This document shows, piece after piece, positions 1 through 9,801 of a DNA stretch of 64,000 bases. The notes beneath the pieces are model-generated. The model was not told where the DNA came from. It searched no databases and saw only the letters and a program-made list of their open reading frames with translations. How positions within the stretch are numbered: position 1 is the first letter of the stretch; each line of letters begins with the position of its first letter. This DNA comes from Candidatus Sumerlaeia bacterium (GTDB lineage Bacteria; Sumerlaeota; Sumerlaeia; SLMS01; JANRJK01). The stretch spans positions 96,001 through 160,000 of the forward strand of contig JANRJK010000046.1 in NCBI GenBank assembly GCA_033764015.1. The letters run 5' to 3'. Position numbers and translations under genes: made by a program.

Positions 1-70
1 ACTTTCCCCCGCCCCGTGCGCCCCTCTTCGGCGCGCGGGGCGTTCCTCTTTCCAGGAGCCCCGCCTCAAG

Positions 71-2551
71 ATGCCCAGCGTCCGCGTCCACTACCATCGC
101 AACGATGGCAACTACACCGAGGTCCAGATCTGGACCTGGGACTGGGAAGGGAACCGCAACCCCGCGCAGCAGGACCTCGCCCCCGCCGCCGAGGACGACT
201 TCGGCGTCGTCTTCGAAATCCCGACCGACAAGTACGGCCTCAACCCGGACCAGCTCACGATCGGCATCCTGCCCCGCATCGAGCGGAACTGGGAGAAGAA
301 GGACGATCCGGAGCGCAAGTGGACGCCCGATTGCGGCTGCGAAGTGTGGATCATCCAGGACGACGAGCGCATCTACACGAAGCGCCCCGACACGACGCCC
401 ACCGTGAAGGCGTTCCTCGACAAGGGGAACGTGGTGGTGGCGCGCTTCACGGGCCACGTCTCGCGCGCGGGCGACCTCTCGAAAACGGTCGTCCGAGGCC
501 CCGGCGGCAAGACGATCGCCACCCGCGAGGTGCACCACGTCCACGACTACGGAGCCACCTTCGTCTTTGTCGAAGCGATCCCCTTCCTCTGCCAGCGCTG
601 GGACATCGAAGTGCCGAACTTCCGCCCCGCCGGCCTCCGCCCGCGCAACGTCCTCTTCGACGGCACCGAGTTCGGCACGCTCAAGCCGCTCGGCGCCCTC
701 TGCACGCCGGCGGAAACCGTCTTCCGCGTCTTCGCCCCCTGCGCCGACGCGGTCGCCGTGGTGATCTATAAGACCGCCCTCGGCAAGGAGGAACCCCGCG
801 AGGTCCCCCTCAAGCACCTCGGCAAGGGCGTCTGGGAGGCCACGGAGAAGGGCGACCTCGACGGCCTCTACTACCTGCTGCGCGTGAAGAACTCCTTCGC
901 CGACGAACCGGTGGAGGCCGCCGACCCCTACTCGGTCAACACGACGGGCCGCGACCGCCGGTCGCGCATCACCGACCTCCGCCGCACCGACCCCCCCGGC
1001 TTCCGCCCCGTCAAGCGGCCGCCCTTCAGCGGACGCCTGGCCGACCTGATCGCGACGGAGCTCCACGTCCGCGACTTCTCCGTTTCGCACAACTCCGGCA
1101 TGCGGGCGAAGGGCAACTACCTCGCCTTCACCGAGAAGGACACTCACCTCCCGCACCACCCGGAGGTCTCCACGGGCCTCGCGCACCTGCGCGAGCTCGG
1201 TGTCACGCACGTGCAACTCCTCCCCATCCAGGACTTCGACAACTTCGAGGACCGCCACGACTACAACTGGGGCTACATGACGACCTGCTTCTGGTCGCCG
1301 GAGGGCTGGTACGCCTCCGCGCTCGAGGACGCCTCCCGCATCATCGAATGCAAGCGCATGATCCAGGCGCTCCACGAAGCCGGCATCCGCGTCGTGATGG
1401 ACGTCGTGTACAACCACACCGCGCCGAACGCGTCCTTCAACGCCGTGGCGCCGGGCTACTACTACCGCCTGCGCGCCGACGGCTCCCGCTGGAACGGCAG
1501 CGGCTGCGGCAACGAATTCAAGAGCGAAGCCCCCATGGGCCGACGCTTCATCATCGATTCGCTCAAGTATTGGGTCGAGGAGTTCGGCGTCGACGGCTTC
1601 CGCTTCGACCTCATGGGGCTCATCGACCGGGAGACGATGATGCAGGCGCGCCGCGAGCTCCTCGAGCTGGATCCAACGCTGCTCATCTACGGCGAGCCAT
1701 GGGTCGCGGCCGGCTGCGGCCTCGATGCGGTCACCGACAAGTGGGCGGTCCGCGGCACCGGCGTCGGCGCCTTCAACGACCACTACCGCAACGCCCTCAA
1801 GGGCGAGCCGGACAACCACCACTGGGGCTACGTGCAAGGCGCGCCGCACCGCGACGCGGTCGCCGGCGGCATCGCGGGCTCCATCGACGACTGGGCGCTC
1901 CACCCGGGCGACTCGATCAACTACGGCGACTGCCACGACAACCTGTGCCTCTGGGACAAGATCGCCGCCTGCTGCCCCCACGAGACGGAGCCGGACCGGA
2001 TCCGCATGTACAACCTCGCCATGGCGATCCTCGCGGTCAGCCAGGGCGCCATGTTCCTACACGGCGGCCACGAAACCACCCGCACGAAGTTCGGCAACCA
2101 CAACAGCTACAACGCGCCCGACGAGATCAACCGCATCGACTGGTCGCGCAAGGCGCGCTACGCCAACACCTTCACCTACACGCGCGACATGATCCGGCTG
2201 CGCCGCGCGCACCCGCTCTTCCGCCTCCCCACCGGCGCCGAAGTCCGCAAGCGCATCGACTTCCTCTTCCTCCTGCCGAAGAGCCCGCAGGCGATCTCCT
2301 TCTCGCTCGACGGCGACGGCCTGGAAGGCGAGAGCTGGTCCGCCGCGCTCGTCCTGATCAACCCGTACCACCGCGCGCGCACCTTCCCGCTGCCGAAGGG
2401 CGTCTGGAACGTCCACGCCTGCGGGCACACCGCATCGGTGGAGGCGCTGCAGGCGGTCGAAGGGCGCTTCGCCGTCGCGGGCCGCACCTTGGCGGTGCTC
2501 GCCCAGGCGAAGGACTCCTCCGCCGCGGAACCCGCGGGGGCCGCGTTCTAG
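71..2551 (+). CDS. pulA: Type I pullulanase (GH13) with N-terminal CBM41/PUD-like domain
   Basis: YNWGY, MDVVYNH, DGFRFDLMG, YGEPW and CHDN motifs. N-terminal VHYHRxDGNY...DDFG...EVWI fits a pullulanase-associated domain. No signal peptide. Confidence 0.93.
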   Translation: MPSVRVHYHRNDGNYTEVQIWTWDWEGNRNPAQQDLAPAAEDDFGVVFEIPTDKYGLNPDQLTIGILPRIERNWEKKDDPERKWTPDCGCEVWIIQDDERIYTKRPDTTPTVKAFLDKGNVVVARFTGHVSRAGDLSKTVVRGPGGKTIATREVHHVHDYGATFVFVEAIPFLCQRWDIEVPNFRPAGLRPRNVLFDGTEFGTLKPLGALCTPAETVFRVFAPCADAVAVVIYKTALGKEEPREVPLKHLGKGVWEATEKGDLDGLYYLLRVKNSFADEPVEAADPYSVNTTGRDRRSRITDLRRTDPPGFRPVKRPPFSGRLADLIATELHVRDFSVSHNSGMRAKGNYLAFTEKDTHLPHHPEVSTGLAHLRELGVTHVQLLPIQDFDNFEDRHDYNWGYMTTCFWSPEGWYASALEDASRIIECKRMIQALHEAGIRVVMDVVYNHTAPNASFNAVAPGYYYRLRADGSRWNGSGCGNEFKSEAPMGRRFIIDSLKYWVEEFGVDGFRFDLMGLIDRETMMQARRELLELDPTLLIYGEPWVAAGCGLDAVTDKWAVRGTGVGAFNDHYRNALKGEPDNHHWGYVQGAPHRDAVAGGIAGSIDDWALHPGDSINYGDCHDNLCLWDKIAACCPHETEPDRIRMYNLAMAILAVSQGAMFLHGGHETTRTKFGNHNSYNAPDEINRIDWSRKARYANTFTYTRDMIRLRRAHPLFRLPTGAEVRKRIDFLFLLPKSPQAISFSLDGDGLEGESWSAALVLINPYHRARTFPLPKGVWNVHACGHTASVEALQAVEGRFAVAGRTLAVLAQAKDSSAAEPAGAAF

Positions 2552-2571
2552 CCCGCCCCGGGGCCCCGCCG

Positions 2572-2982
2572 GTGGACACGCTCGACCCGCGCCGCCGCAG
2601 CGAGCTCATGGCGCGGATCCGCTCGAAGGACACCGCGCCGGAGCTGTTCGTCCGGCGCCTCGCGCACGCGCTCGGCTACCGCTACCGGCTCCACGCCAAG
2701 GACCTCCCCGGCAGGCCCGACCTCGTCTTCCGCAAGCGGCTCAAGGTGGTCTTCGTGCACGGATGCTTCTGGCACGGCCACACCTCCCGCCGCTGCCCGC
2801 ACGCCCGCTTGCCGAAGAGCAACGTCGCCTTCTGGGCCGCCAAGATCGCCGCCAACCGCGAGCGCGACCTGCGCCGCATCCGCGAGCTTCGCAGCCTCGG
2901 CTACAAGTCCCTCGTCCTGTGGGAGTGCGAGCTCGGCGACGCCGCGCGCGTCGAGGCGAAGCTGCGGCGCTTCCTGGGCTAG
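2572..2982 (+). CDS. vsr: Very short patch repair endonuclease
   Basis: GTG start gives MDTLDPRRRSELMARIRSKDTAPE, then LPGRPDLVF, FVHGCFWHGH, WxxKIxxNxERD and LWECE. This is the C-terminal part of track ORF 1348..2982. Confidence 0.95.
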   Translation: MDTLDPRRRSELMARIRSKDTAPELFVRRLAHALGYRYRLHAKDLPGRPDLVFRKRLKVVFVHGCFWHGHTSRRCPHARLPKSNVAFWAAKIAANRERDLRRIRELRSLGYKSLVLWECELGDAARVEAKLRRFLG

Positions 2983-4487
2983 CGCACCACGACGCCGTCG
3001 CCGGAGGCGGTCGCCTCCTCCGGCTCCTGCGACACGGGGAGCAGGAACTGCAGCACCGCGGGGAAACGCGCGGCCCACGCCGGCTCCGTGTGGTCCGCCC
3101 CGTAGGCGATCGTGTGGAGGAAGTCCGGCCCCACCGGGTAGTTGTTCTCGATCAGCGCGTCGCGCGCCTGCAGCGTCGTCGACGCGCCGTCGTCCGCGGG
3201 GATCAGCCCGCCGCCCACCGTGCCGCTGTCCAGGTAGAGGCGCACCTGCCGCGGCGCCTGGGAACGCATCCGCTCGATCAACTCCGTGCGGCCACCGACC
3301 GTCGACGCCCAGTAGGCGGGGGAGAGCGCCGCATGGTGCCGCGCGAACGACGGGTACTCCCACGCGAGATAGGTCGAGAAGAAGCCACCCATGGACGATC
3401 CCGCCGTCGCCGTGTCGTCCCGGCCGGTGAGCGTGCGGTAGTTCGCGTCGATGTAGGGCTTCACCTCGTTGATGTAATAGGCCGCCGTCTGGTTCGCGCG
3501 CCCGGTGTAGATCACCGCCGTGTCGTACTCGGGCAGGTACTCGGGGATGCGTTCGCTGCCGCCGTGGCTGACGCCGACGATGACCGCCTCGCGCATGCGC
3601 CCCTGGGCGATCAGCGCGGTGGCCGCCTCGTCCGCGCGCCACGTGTTGCCGAAGCCGCTGTCGCCGGCGAACGTCTGGAAGCAGTTCTGCCCGTCGTGCA
3701 TGTAGAGCACCGGATAGCGCCGCGCCGTGTGCTGGTCGTAGCCGCGCGGCAGATACACGTAGACGGCGCGCGTCGGGAGCGAGCCGGTGAAGTTCGGGAT
3801 CTTCACGACGCGCGGAGCGGAAACCGCGGGCGCCGGGCGGTAGTTGAAGAGCTGCCGGTCCTGCAGCCAAGGCGACGCCAGCGCCGTGGTGTAGTACGCG
3901 GCGCCCGACGGCGTGTCGAACCCGCCGTCCCCGCGGACGACGCGGAACTGCCACTCGCCCCGCGCCGGGAGGCCGTCGACCGGCGCGCTCCAAAGTCCTT
4001 CCTGCGGTGTGCGCCCGTCGCCGGTCCGCGTCAGCGCCACGGCGCGGTGGTCCGCGCCCTCGCGGATCTCGAGCACGGGGGCCGGCGCCGATCCGATATA
4101 GCGGAAGAAGCCGCGGCGCGGGGCTTCCGCCTGGCCCGGGACCGTCAGCGACAACGGCGATCCGATCAGCGCGCCGTTCGCCGGATTCGCCTGCGCCGCC
4201 GCGCTGTCCTGTCGCACCGCGAACTGGTACTCCACGGTGGTTCCCTCGGGCAGCGACACGGTGGCCGACCACTGCGGGTATCCGTGCGGCGACAGCTTGA
4301 GCGCCCGCGTCATCTCGCCGCCGCCAAGCAGCGGGTGGTCGCCGAGCACGAAGACCGATTCGCCGAACGAAGTTTCGCGAGTCGTCTGCAACTGCACCGG
4401 CTGGTCCGCGAGAACTCGTAAGCCCCCGGTCGCCCCGAGGGCCAGCAACCCCGCGCACACCCACGGAATTCCGCACATCCGCGCCAT
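2979..4487 (-). CDS. Secreted CBM20 (starch-binding) plus alpha/beta-hydrolase esterase fusion
   Basis: Signal-like N-terminus; CBM20-like TSFGESVFVLGDHPLLG...YPQWSATVSLP...VEYQF; esterase motifs VYLPRGY, YPVLYMHDGQN, GSSMGG nucleophile elbow and HTE. Start uncertain. Confidence 0.82.
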   Translation of the reverse strand: MARMCGIPWVCAGLLALGATGGLRVLADQPVQLQTTRETSFGESVFVLGDHPLLGGGEMTRALKLSPHGYPQWSATVSLPEGTTVEYQFAVRQDSAAAQANPANGALIGSPLSLTVPGQAEAPRRGFFRYIGSAPAPVLEIREGADHRAVALTRTGDGRTPQEGLWSAPVDGLPARGEWQFRVVRGDGGFDTPSGAAYYTTALASPWLQDRQLFNYRPAPAVSAPRVVKIPNFTGSLPTRAVYVYLPRGYDQHTARRYPVLYMHDGQNCFQTFAGDSGFGNTWRADEAATALIAQGRMREAVIVGVSHGGSERIPEYLPEYDTAVIYTGRANQTAAYYINEVKPYIDANYRTLTGRDDTATAGSSMGGFFSTYLAWEYPSFARHHAALSPAYWASTVGGRTELIERMRSQAPRQVRLYLDSGTVGGGLIPADDGASTTLQARDALIENNYPVGPDFLHTIAYGADHTEPAWAARFPAVLQFLLPVSQEPEEATASGDGVVVR

Positions 4488-4642
4488 CTCCCGCTCCCTT
4501 CGTCCTGCCCCGCTTCTTGCAACCGGCGGGTCGCTCCCGTTGCGCCCGTCCATCGGGGACGGAACTACTCGTCGCTGTTCGACGGCGCCGGAAGCAAGCA
4601 GCCTCGGCGCTGCGTCCCGCCAATCTTCCCACGGACGGCTCC

Positions 4643-6406
4643 ATGGATTCCGCGACCCCCAGCCAGCCGCCCAGCCTTCCCCGGATCGAGGGCATCGAAC
4701 TCGAACGGCTGATCGGGCGCGGCGGGATGGGCTCGGTCTACCTCGGCCGCCAGCCGTACCTCGAGCGCCGCGTCGCGGTGAAGATCGTGTCCGTCCAGGG
4801 CATGTCCAACCAGGACAATTACGTCGAGCGCTTCCGCCGCGAGGCGCGTTCGCTCGCCGCGCTCGCGCACCCGAACATCGTCGCCTGCTACCAGGCCGGC
4901 ACCACCGCGGCGGGGGAGCCCTACCTCGCGATGGAGTACGTCGACGGACCCACGCTCCACGACTTCCTGCGGGGCAGCGGCCCCCTCGATCCGTCCAAGG
5001 CGCTCGCCATCGTGCGCGCCACCGCCGACGCGCTGCGCTACGCCCTCGATAACGGCATCATCCACCGCGACATCAAGCCGGAGAACATCCTCCTCCAGAA
5101 GCGCGAACGCGCGCCGGAGGACGACCCCTTCCCCTACACGCCGCGCCTCGTCGACCTCGGCCTCGCCCGCGTGGTCCGCGAGGACGACATGGACACCAAG
5201 CTCACCGCCGACGGCATGGTGCTCGGCACGCCCCCCATGATGGCCCCGGAGCAGTTCGACGCGCCGGAGAAGGTCGACTTCCGCGCCGACATCTACGCCC
5301 TCGGCTGCGTCCTCCACCACCTCCTCACCGGCAAGCGCGCCTTCCCCGAAGCCAAGGTGATGGACGTCATCAAGCGCAAGATGTCGGGCGACGTCCCGGA
5401 CCCGCGGGCGATCCGCGCCGACCTCCCGGACCCCCTCGCGGAGCTGTGCCGCAAGATGATGGCCGCGCAGCCCCACCGCCGCCACGCCTCCTACCAGGAG
5501 CTCCTCGCCGAGATCGACGGCCTGCGCTCGACGCTCGGCATGTCCTCGGACGCGCTGCGCATCGGGGGAACCGCGACGCCTGCCACCGCCCGCGGAACCA
5601 CCCCGGTGGACCTGGACCGCCAACCGCGCGGCGGCGGCACCATGATGCCCGCCGCCACCATCGGCGGCGGCCTCCTCCTCGTCGCCATCATCGTCCTCGT
5701 GATGATCAAGGACGGCGGCGATGGCGGCACGGACACCGCCATCCGCACCACGCCCCCGCCGGCGCCCACCACCGCACCAACCCCGCAACCCACGGCCACA
5801 CCCGCGGCCACCGCCACGCCCCGCCCCGCCGCAATCTTCCCCGACGACGGCCAGCCCCTCATCGGCGGCACGATCGAGAACTCCAAGACCGGCTGGATCA
5901 TGGAGTCGGGCCTTGGCTTCTGGGACGCCGCGCAGGACTTCGAGTCCGGCATCGTCGGCGCGGGAACCAGCCACATCGCGCGCCCCCTCGCCGCGGACTA
6001 CCCCGGCGACGCGCACCGCCTCGACGGCTCGATCCAACTCCTACCGGGCGCCAAGGAAGGCGGCGTGCTCCTCCATATCGAGGGAGGCATGTGGTACGGC
6101 GTCGCGTTCCAAGCGCTCGACGAAACCACACTCACCGTCAGCACGGTCGGATTCGACGCGGACGCGGAGGACTGGATCGCGACGCGCAGGGTGCTCGACA
6201 GCCGGGTGATCGAACCCGGAGCCGGCGGGCCCACCGGCTTCTCGCTGCTGCGCGACGGCGCGGCGCTCACCGTGGCGGTGCACGGCGAGACCTTCGCGCC
6301 GATCCCGGTCGAGGGAGGGGCGACCGAGGCCGCGGTCCTCTACTCGAACTCGAACACCGGGCCCGTCTGGTTCCCGGAACTTCAGGTGGCGGTGCCGGTG
6401 CGCTGA
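4643..6406 (+). CDS. Hanks-type Ser/Thr protein kinase with one TM helix, Pro/Thr linker and extracytoplasmic domain
   Basis: GRGGMGSV, VAVK, HPNIV, HRDIKPEN, DLG, GTPxxMAPE, DIYALG; hydrophobic GGGLLLVAIIVLVMI; PT-rich linker. Confidence 0.92.
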   Translation: MDSATPSQPPSLPRIEGIELERLIGRGGMGSVYLGRQPYLERRVAVKIVSVQGMSNQDNYVERFRREARSLAALAHPNIVACYQAGTTAAGEPYLAMEYVDGPTLHDFLRGSGPLDPSKALAIVRATADALRYALDNGIIHRDIKPENILLQKRERAPEDDPFPYTPRLVDLGLARVVREDDMDTKLTADGMVLGTPPMMAPEQFDAPEKVDFRADIYALGCVLHHLLTGKRAFPEAKVMDVIKRKMSGDVPDPRAIRADLPDPLAELCRKMMAAQPHRRHASYQELLAEIDGLRSTLGMSSDALRIGGTATPATARGTTPVDLDRQPRGGGTMMPAATIGGGLLLVAIIVLVMIKDGGDGGTDTAIRTTPPPAPTTAPTPQPTATPAATATPRPAAIFPDDGQPLIGGTIENSKTGWIMESGLGFWDAAQDFESGIVGAGTSHIARPLAADYPGDAHRLDGSIQLLPGAKEGGVLLHIEGGMWYGVAFQALDETTLTVSTVGFDADAEDWIATRRVLDSRVIEPGAGGPTGFSLLRDGAALTVAVHGETFAPIPVEGGATEAAVLYSNSNTGPVWFPELQVAVPVR

Positions 6407-6472
6407 CGCCGCGTTGAAGGCGCCGCGCCCCGCGAGCGTATCCCCGGGCAATCCCCCCGAGGACACGTCCCC

Positions 6473-7813
6473 ATGACCCGCCGCCTCCGCATCGCACTGC
6501 TTCTCGCCGCCGCGCTCCCCGCCTTCACCGCCGCGGGCGAACTCGCCCGCAGGCCCTACGCCGGCATCGCCGTGGGTCCCTCCCCGGACGGCGCCAACAT
6601 CGCTGTAAGCGGCGTCGTCCCGGACGGACCCTCCGCCAAGTCCGGCATCCAGGTCGGCGACATCATCATCGAGGTCGACAACGACCTGATCGAAACGCCG
6701 CAGGACTTCACCAAGACGGTGCGCTCCCTCGATGCAGGCGCCGCCTACCCCGCCAAGATCCGCCGTGGCGGCGAGGAGCTGGAGATCCAGTGGACCTTCG
6801 GCGCGCTCCCCTACGAGTCCTACGAAGGGCGCGAAACGGTCTACACTTCGGTCGAATCCCCCACCGGCACGCACCGCAGCATCCTCGTCAAGCCCGCCGG
6901 CGACGGCCCCTTCCCCGTTGTCTTCTTCATCCAGGGCCTTTCCTGCGCGACCGTCGAGGCTCCCATGGGGGGCGACAACCCCTACGCCCGCTTCGTGGAC
7001 CAGATCACGGGCCTCGGCTACGCCGTCTACCGCGTCGAGAAGAGCGGCATCGGCGACAGCGTCGGCACGCCGTGCGAGGAGATCGGCTTCGAGCAGGAGC
7101 TCGCCGGCTACCGCGCGGGCTACGAGCAGCTCCGCGCGATGGACGGGGTCGACCCCCAGCGGATCTACCTCATGGGCCACAGCATGGGGGGCTTCTTCGC
7201 GCCGCGCCTCGCGGCCGAGGTCCCCGTCGCCGGCGTCGCCGCCTACGGCACCGGCATGCAGAACTGGGTCGAATACGTGATCCGCATCAACCGCGACCAG
7301 TCCGCCCTCGCCGGCGCCGCGCGCGCGGATGTCGAGGACGCGGTCCGCCTCGCCGTTCGCTTCCAGACCCTGCTCTGCGTCGACAAGCTCACGATCCCCG
7401 AGATCCTCGAACGCCACCCGGAGATCGAGGAGTACGTCCGGGGAAACTCGCCGGACGGGCGCACCATGTATAGCCGCTCCGCCGAATTCTTCCACGAGCT
7501 CTACGACCAGGAGATGGCCCGCGTCTGGGCGCAGGTCGAGGCCCCCGTCGCCGCCATGTGGGGCGAGGCCGACTTCGTCTCCTACCGCGACGAGCACGAG
7601 GCCATCGCCGCGGTCGTCAACGAGGCGCGCCCCGGCAACGGCACCTTCTTGATGGTTCCCGGCGCCGACCACGGGTTCCGCGCGGCATCGAGCTTCCGCC
7701 AGTCCATGGAGCAGAGCATGGCGCTGCCCTTCTCCGAGGACGTGGTCCGCTCGCTCGTCGCCTGGATCGAAGGGCTCGGGAAGCAGGATGCCGCCGCCTC
7801 CCGCCCCCGCTAA
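6473..7813 (+). CDS. Secreted PDZ-domain alpha/beta-hydrolase
   Basis: Signal peptide; PDZ-like VVPDGPSAKSGIQVGDIII; EKSGIGDS, GHSMGG and ADHGF (catalytic His). Confidence 0.85.
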   Translation: MTRRLRIALLLAAALPAFTAAGELARRPYAGIAVGPSPDGANIAVSGVVPDGPSAKSGIQVGDIIIEVDNDLIETPQDFTKTVRSLDAGAAYPAKIRRGGEELEIQWTFGALPYESYEGRETVYTSVESPTGTHRSILVKPAGDGPFPVVFFIQGLSCATVEAPMGGDNPYARFVDQITGLGYAVYRVEKSGIGDSVGTPCEEIGFEQELAGYRAGYEQLRAMDGVDPQRIYLMGHSMGGFFAPRLAAEVPVAGVAAYGTGMQNWVEYVIRINRDQSALAGAARADVEDAVRLAVRFQTLLCVDKLTIPEILERHPEIEEYVRGNSPDGRTMYSRSAEFFHELYDQEMARVWAQVEAPVAAMWGEADFVSYRDEHEAIAAVVNEARPGNGTFLMVPGADHGFRAASSFRQSMEQSMALPFSEDVVRSLVAWIEGLGKQDAAASRPR

Positions 7814-7932
7814 CGGCCGTCGGATTCGCCCGGACGCGCATTGACTTTGTGGTTGCCGAGCGCATCACGGCGCGTCCATGCTCCGGCAACTGAATCGGTG
7901 GTACTAGCCATCCGAATCGAGGAGAACCAGCA

Positions 7933-8838
7933 ATGTCCACAGTTCGCTACGCCGCCGCGCTTGCCGCCGCGACGCTTATGGCTTCGGCGCTGCCCGCCCA
8001 GATCCTCTTCCAGACGGGCTTCGAGGCGATCGACCGGGATGGCCGCTACACCACGGGCAACCTCAACGGACAGCCCACGCAGAACCCGGACGGCACGACC
8101 AACGTGTCCGGCCCCTTCTGGACCACGCAGGCCGGCGACGCGGTCGTCGAGGCCGACGGCCCCACCCGCGTCGTGCGGATGAGCAACGGCGCCCGCGTGG
8201 ACCGCTCGCTCGCCAACCTCTCGGTTCCGGCGGGCCGCAAGGTCTTCGTCGAGGGCTTCTTCCGCGGCGCCGGCAGCGGCGTCACGCTCGCCAACGCCAA
8301 CTACCCGACGGTTTCCGGCGGCGGCGCGGCGACCTCCGCGATCATCCACTTCTCTTCCGCCAACGGCATGGAAGCCCTTGATGGCGACGGCTCCGGCGCC
8401 GGCACCGTCACCTCGCTCTCCCAGCCCCTCGGCACCCCGAACCAGGACACCTACTTCCGCATCACCCTCGAGCTCGACTACACCGCGCAGACGTACAACG
8501 TCTACGTGGACGGCGTGAAGAAGAACTCCTCCGCGCTCGGCTTCCGCGACAACGTCACGTCGCTCTCCGGCACGCAGTGGCTCGCCGAGACCGAGCTCCG
8601 CGCGGACCGCTTCCGCGTCGCGCTCCCGCTCACCGGCGACGCCAACGGCGACAACCAGGCCGACTCCGGCGACATCGTCGCCGCCATGAACTACATGTCC
8701 TACGATCCCGACACCTACGACCCGGTCCTGGTCCGCAACGTCGCCTTTCAGGGCGCGCAGGACGGCGGCCGCCTCGTGGTTTCGACTAACGACATCGTCG
8801 GGCTCGCCGACCTGATCACCGCCAACTTCCCCCCGTGA
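7933..8838 (+). CDS. Secreted beta-rich protein with C-terminal dockerin-like domain
   Basis: SD GGAG upstream; Sec signal; jelly-roll-like YFRITLELDYTAQTYNVYVDG; Ca-loop GDANGDNQADSGDIV with a degenerate second repeat VSTNDIVGL. Confidence 0.72.
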   Translation: MSTVRYAAALAAATLMASALPAQILFQTGFEAIDRDGRYTTGNLNGQPTQNPDGTTNVSGPFWTTQAGDAVVEADGPTRVVRMSNGARVDRSLANLSVPAGRKVFVEGFFRGAGSGVTLANANYPTVSGGGAATSAIIHFSSANGMEALDGDGSGAGTVTSLSQPLGTPNQDTYFRITLELDYTAQTYNVYVDGVKKNSSALGFRDNVTSLSGTQWLAETELRADRFRVALPLTGDANGDNQADSGDIVAAMNYMSYDPDTYDPVLVRNVAFQGAQDGGRLVVSTNDIVGLADLITANFPP

Positions 8839-8844
8839 GGGCCG

Positions 8845-8903
8845 CCGTCCCCGCGGGGACGGGTCTACGGCAAACGGACCGGGCCCCTGCGAAGGGGCCC
8901 GGT
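8845..8903. terminator. Two tandem GC hairpins between convergent genes
   Basis: Perfect palindrome ccgtccccgcggggacgg (8845-8862) and accgggcccct-GCGA-aggggcccggt (8878-8903). Confidence 0.65.
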
Positions 8904-8932
8904 TCCATTCCCACCCACCTGCCGCCCGCCGC

Positions 8933-9685
8933 TCAGCCTGTCCGGCGCCAATCCGCGTCGCGCTCCCGGCGCAGGAACTCGACCACGTGCGGATCCTTGC
9001 TGGCGGCGAACTCCGTCGGGGTGCCGCTCGCCACGATGCGCCCCTGGTGGAGCAGATTCAGCCGCGAGCCGAGCCGCATCGCGCTCACCAGGTCGTGCGT
9101 CACGAGCACGCAGGTGCTCCCCACCTCGCGGTTCACCTTCATCACGATGTCGTCCACCTTCGCCGCCGTCGGGGGATCGAGCCCCGCCGTCGGCTCGTCC
9201 AGCAGGAGGCACTCGTTGTGCTGCGTCAGCGCCCGCGCGATCGCCGCGCGCTTGCGCTGCCCGCCGGAGAGCGTCGACGGCTCCTGCTCCTCGCGCCCTT
9301 CCAGGCCCACCGCCTTGAGCTGCTCGCGCACCGAGGCGCGGATCTCCGGATAGCCCTTGCCGCTCAACTCGACCAGGCCCAGCGCCACGTTCTCGCCCAC
9401 GGTCAGCGACTGCAGCAGTCCGCCGCTCTGGAAGATCACGCCGAAGCGCTGCCGGTGCGGCACCAGCGCGTCCTCGTCGAGGCCCGTGATCTCCTCGCCG
9501 TCCAGCTTGATCGATCCCTCGTCCGGCTTCAGCAGCCCGAGGATCAGCTTCAGCAGCACTGACTTTCCCGAGCCCGAACCGCCCAGGATCACGGAGATTT
9601 CCCCCGCGGGGACGTCGAGGTCCACCCCGCGCAGCACGTCGAGGTCGCCGAAGGAAAGATGGAGGCCGCGGATCGCGATGTTCAT
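8933..9685 (-). CDS. ABC transporter ATP-binding protein, MlaF/Mkl-like
   Basis: GGSGSGKS, LSGGQRKR, LLLDEPTAGLDP, VTHD; the C-terminal SKDPHVVEFL is typical of MlaF/Mkl. Confidence 0.85.
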   Translation of the reverse strand: MNIAIRGLHLSFGDLDVLRGVDLDVPAGEISVILGGSGSGKSVLLKLILGLLKPDEGSIKLDGEEITGLDEDALVPHRQRFGVIFQSGGLLQSLTVGENVALGLVELSGKGYPEIRASVREQLKAVGLEGREEQEPSTLSGGQRKRAAIARALTQHNECLLLDEPTAGLDPPTAAKVDDIVMKVNREVGSTCVLVTHDLVSAMRLGSRLNLLHQGRIVASGTPTEFAASKDPHVVEFLRRERDADWRRTG

Positions 9686-9801
9686 GCGCAAAGTCCATCC
9701 GCGCGCGGCGAGCGGCGCAAGGTCCGGCTGCGTTTGACCCGCGCCCGCGGCGGCGCGAACATCCCTATCGCGCAACCCCCGCGGAACCCGGAGCCCCGAC
9801 G

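Noticed and set aside
1348..2571. N-terminal 408 aa of track ORF 1348..2982
   Set aside because: Arg/Pro-rich off-frame shadow of pulA; only the Vsr part from GTG 2572 is real.
5750..5830. Low-complexity C-rich repeats (similar at 39380-39510)
   Set aside because: They encode Pro/Thr/Ala linkers of kinases; not CRISPR or VNTR arrays.
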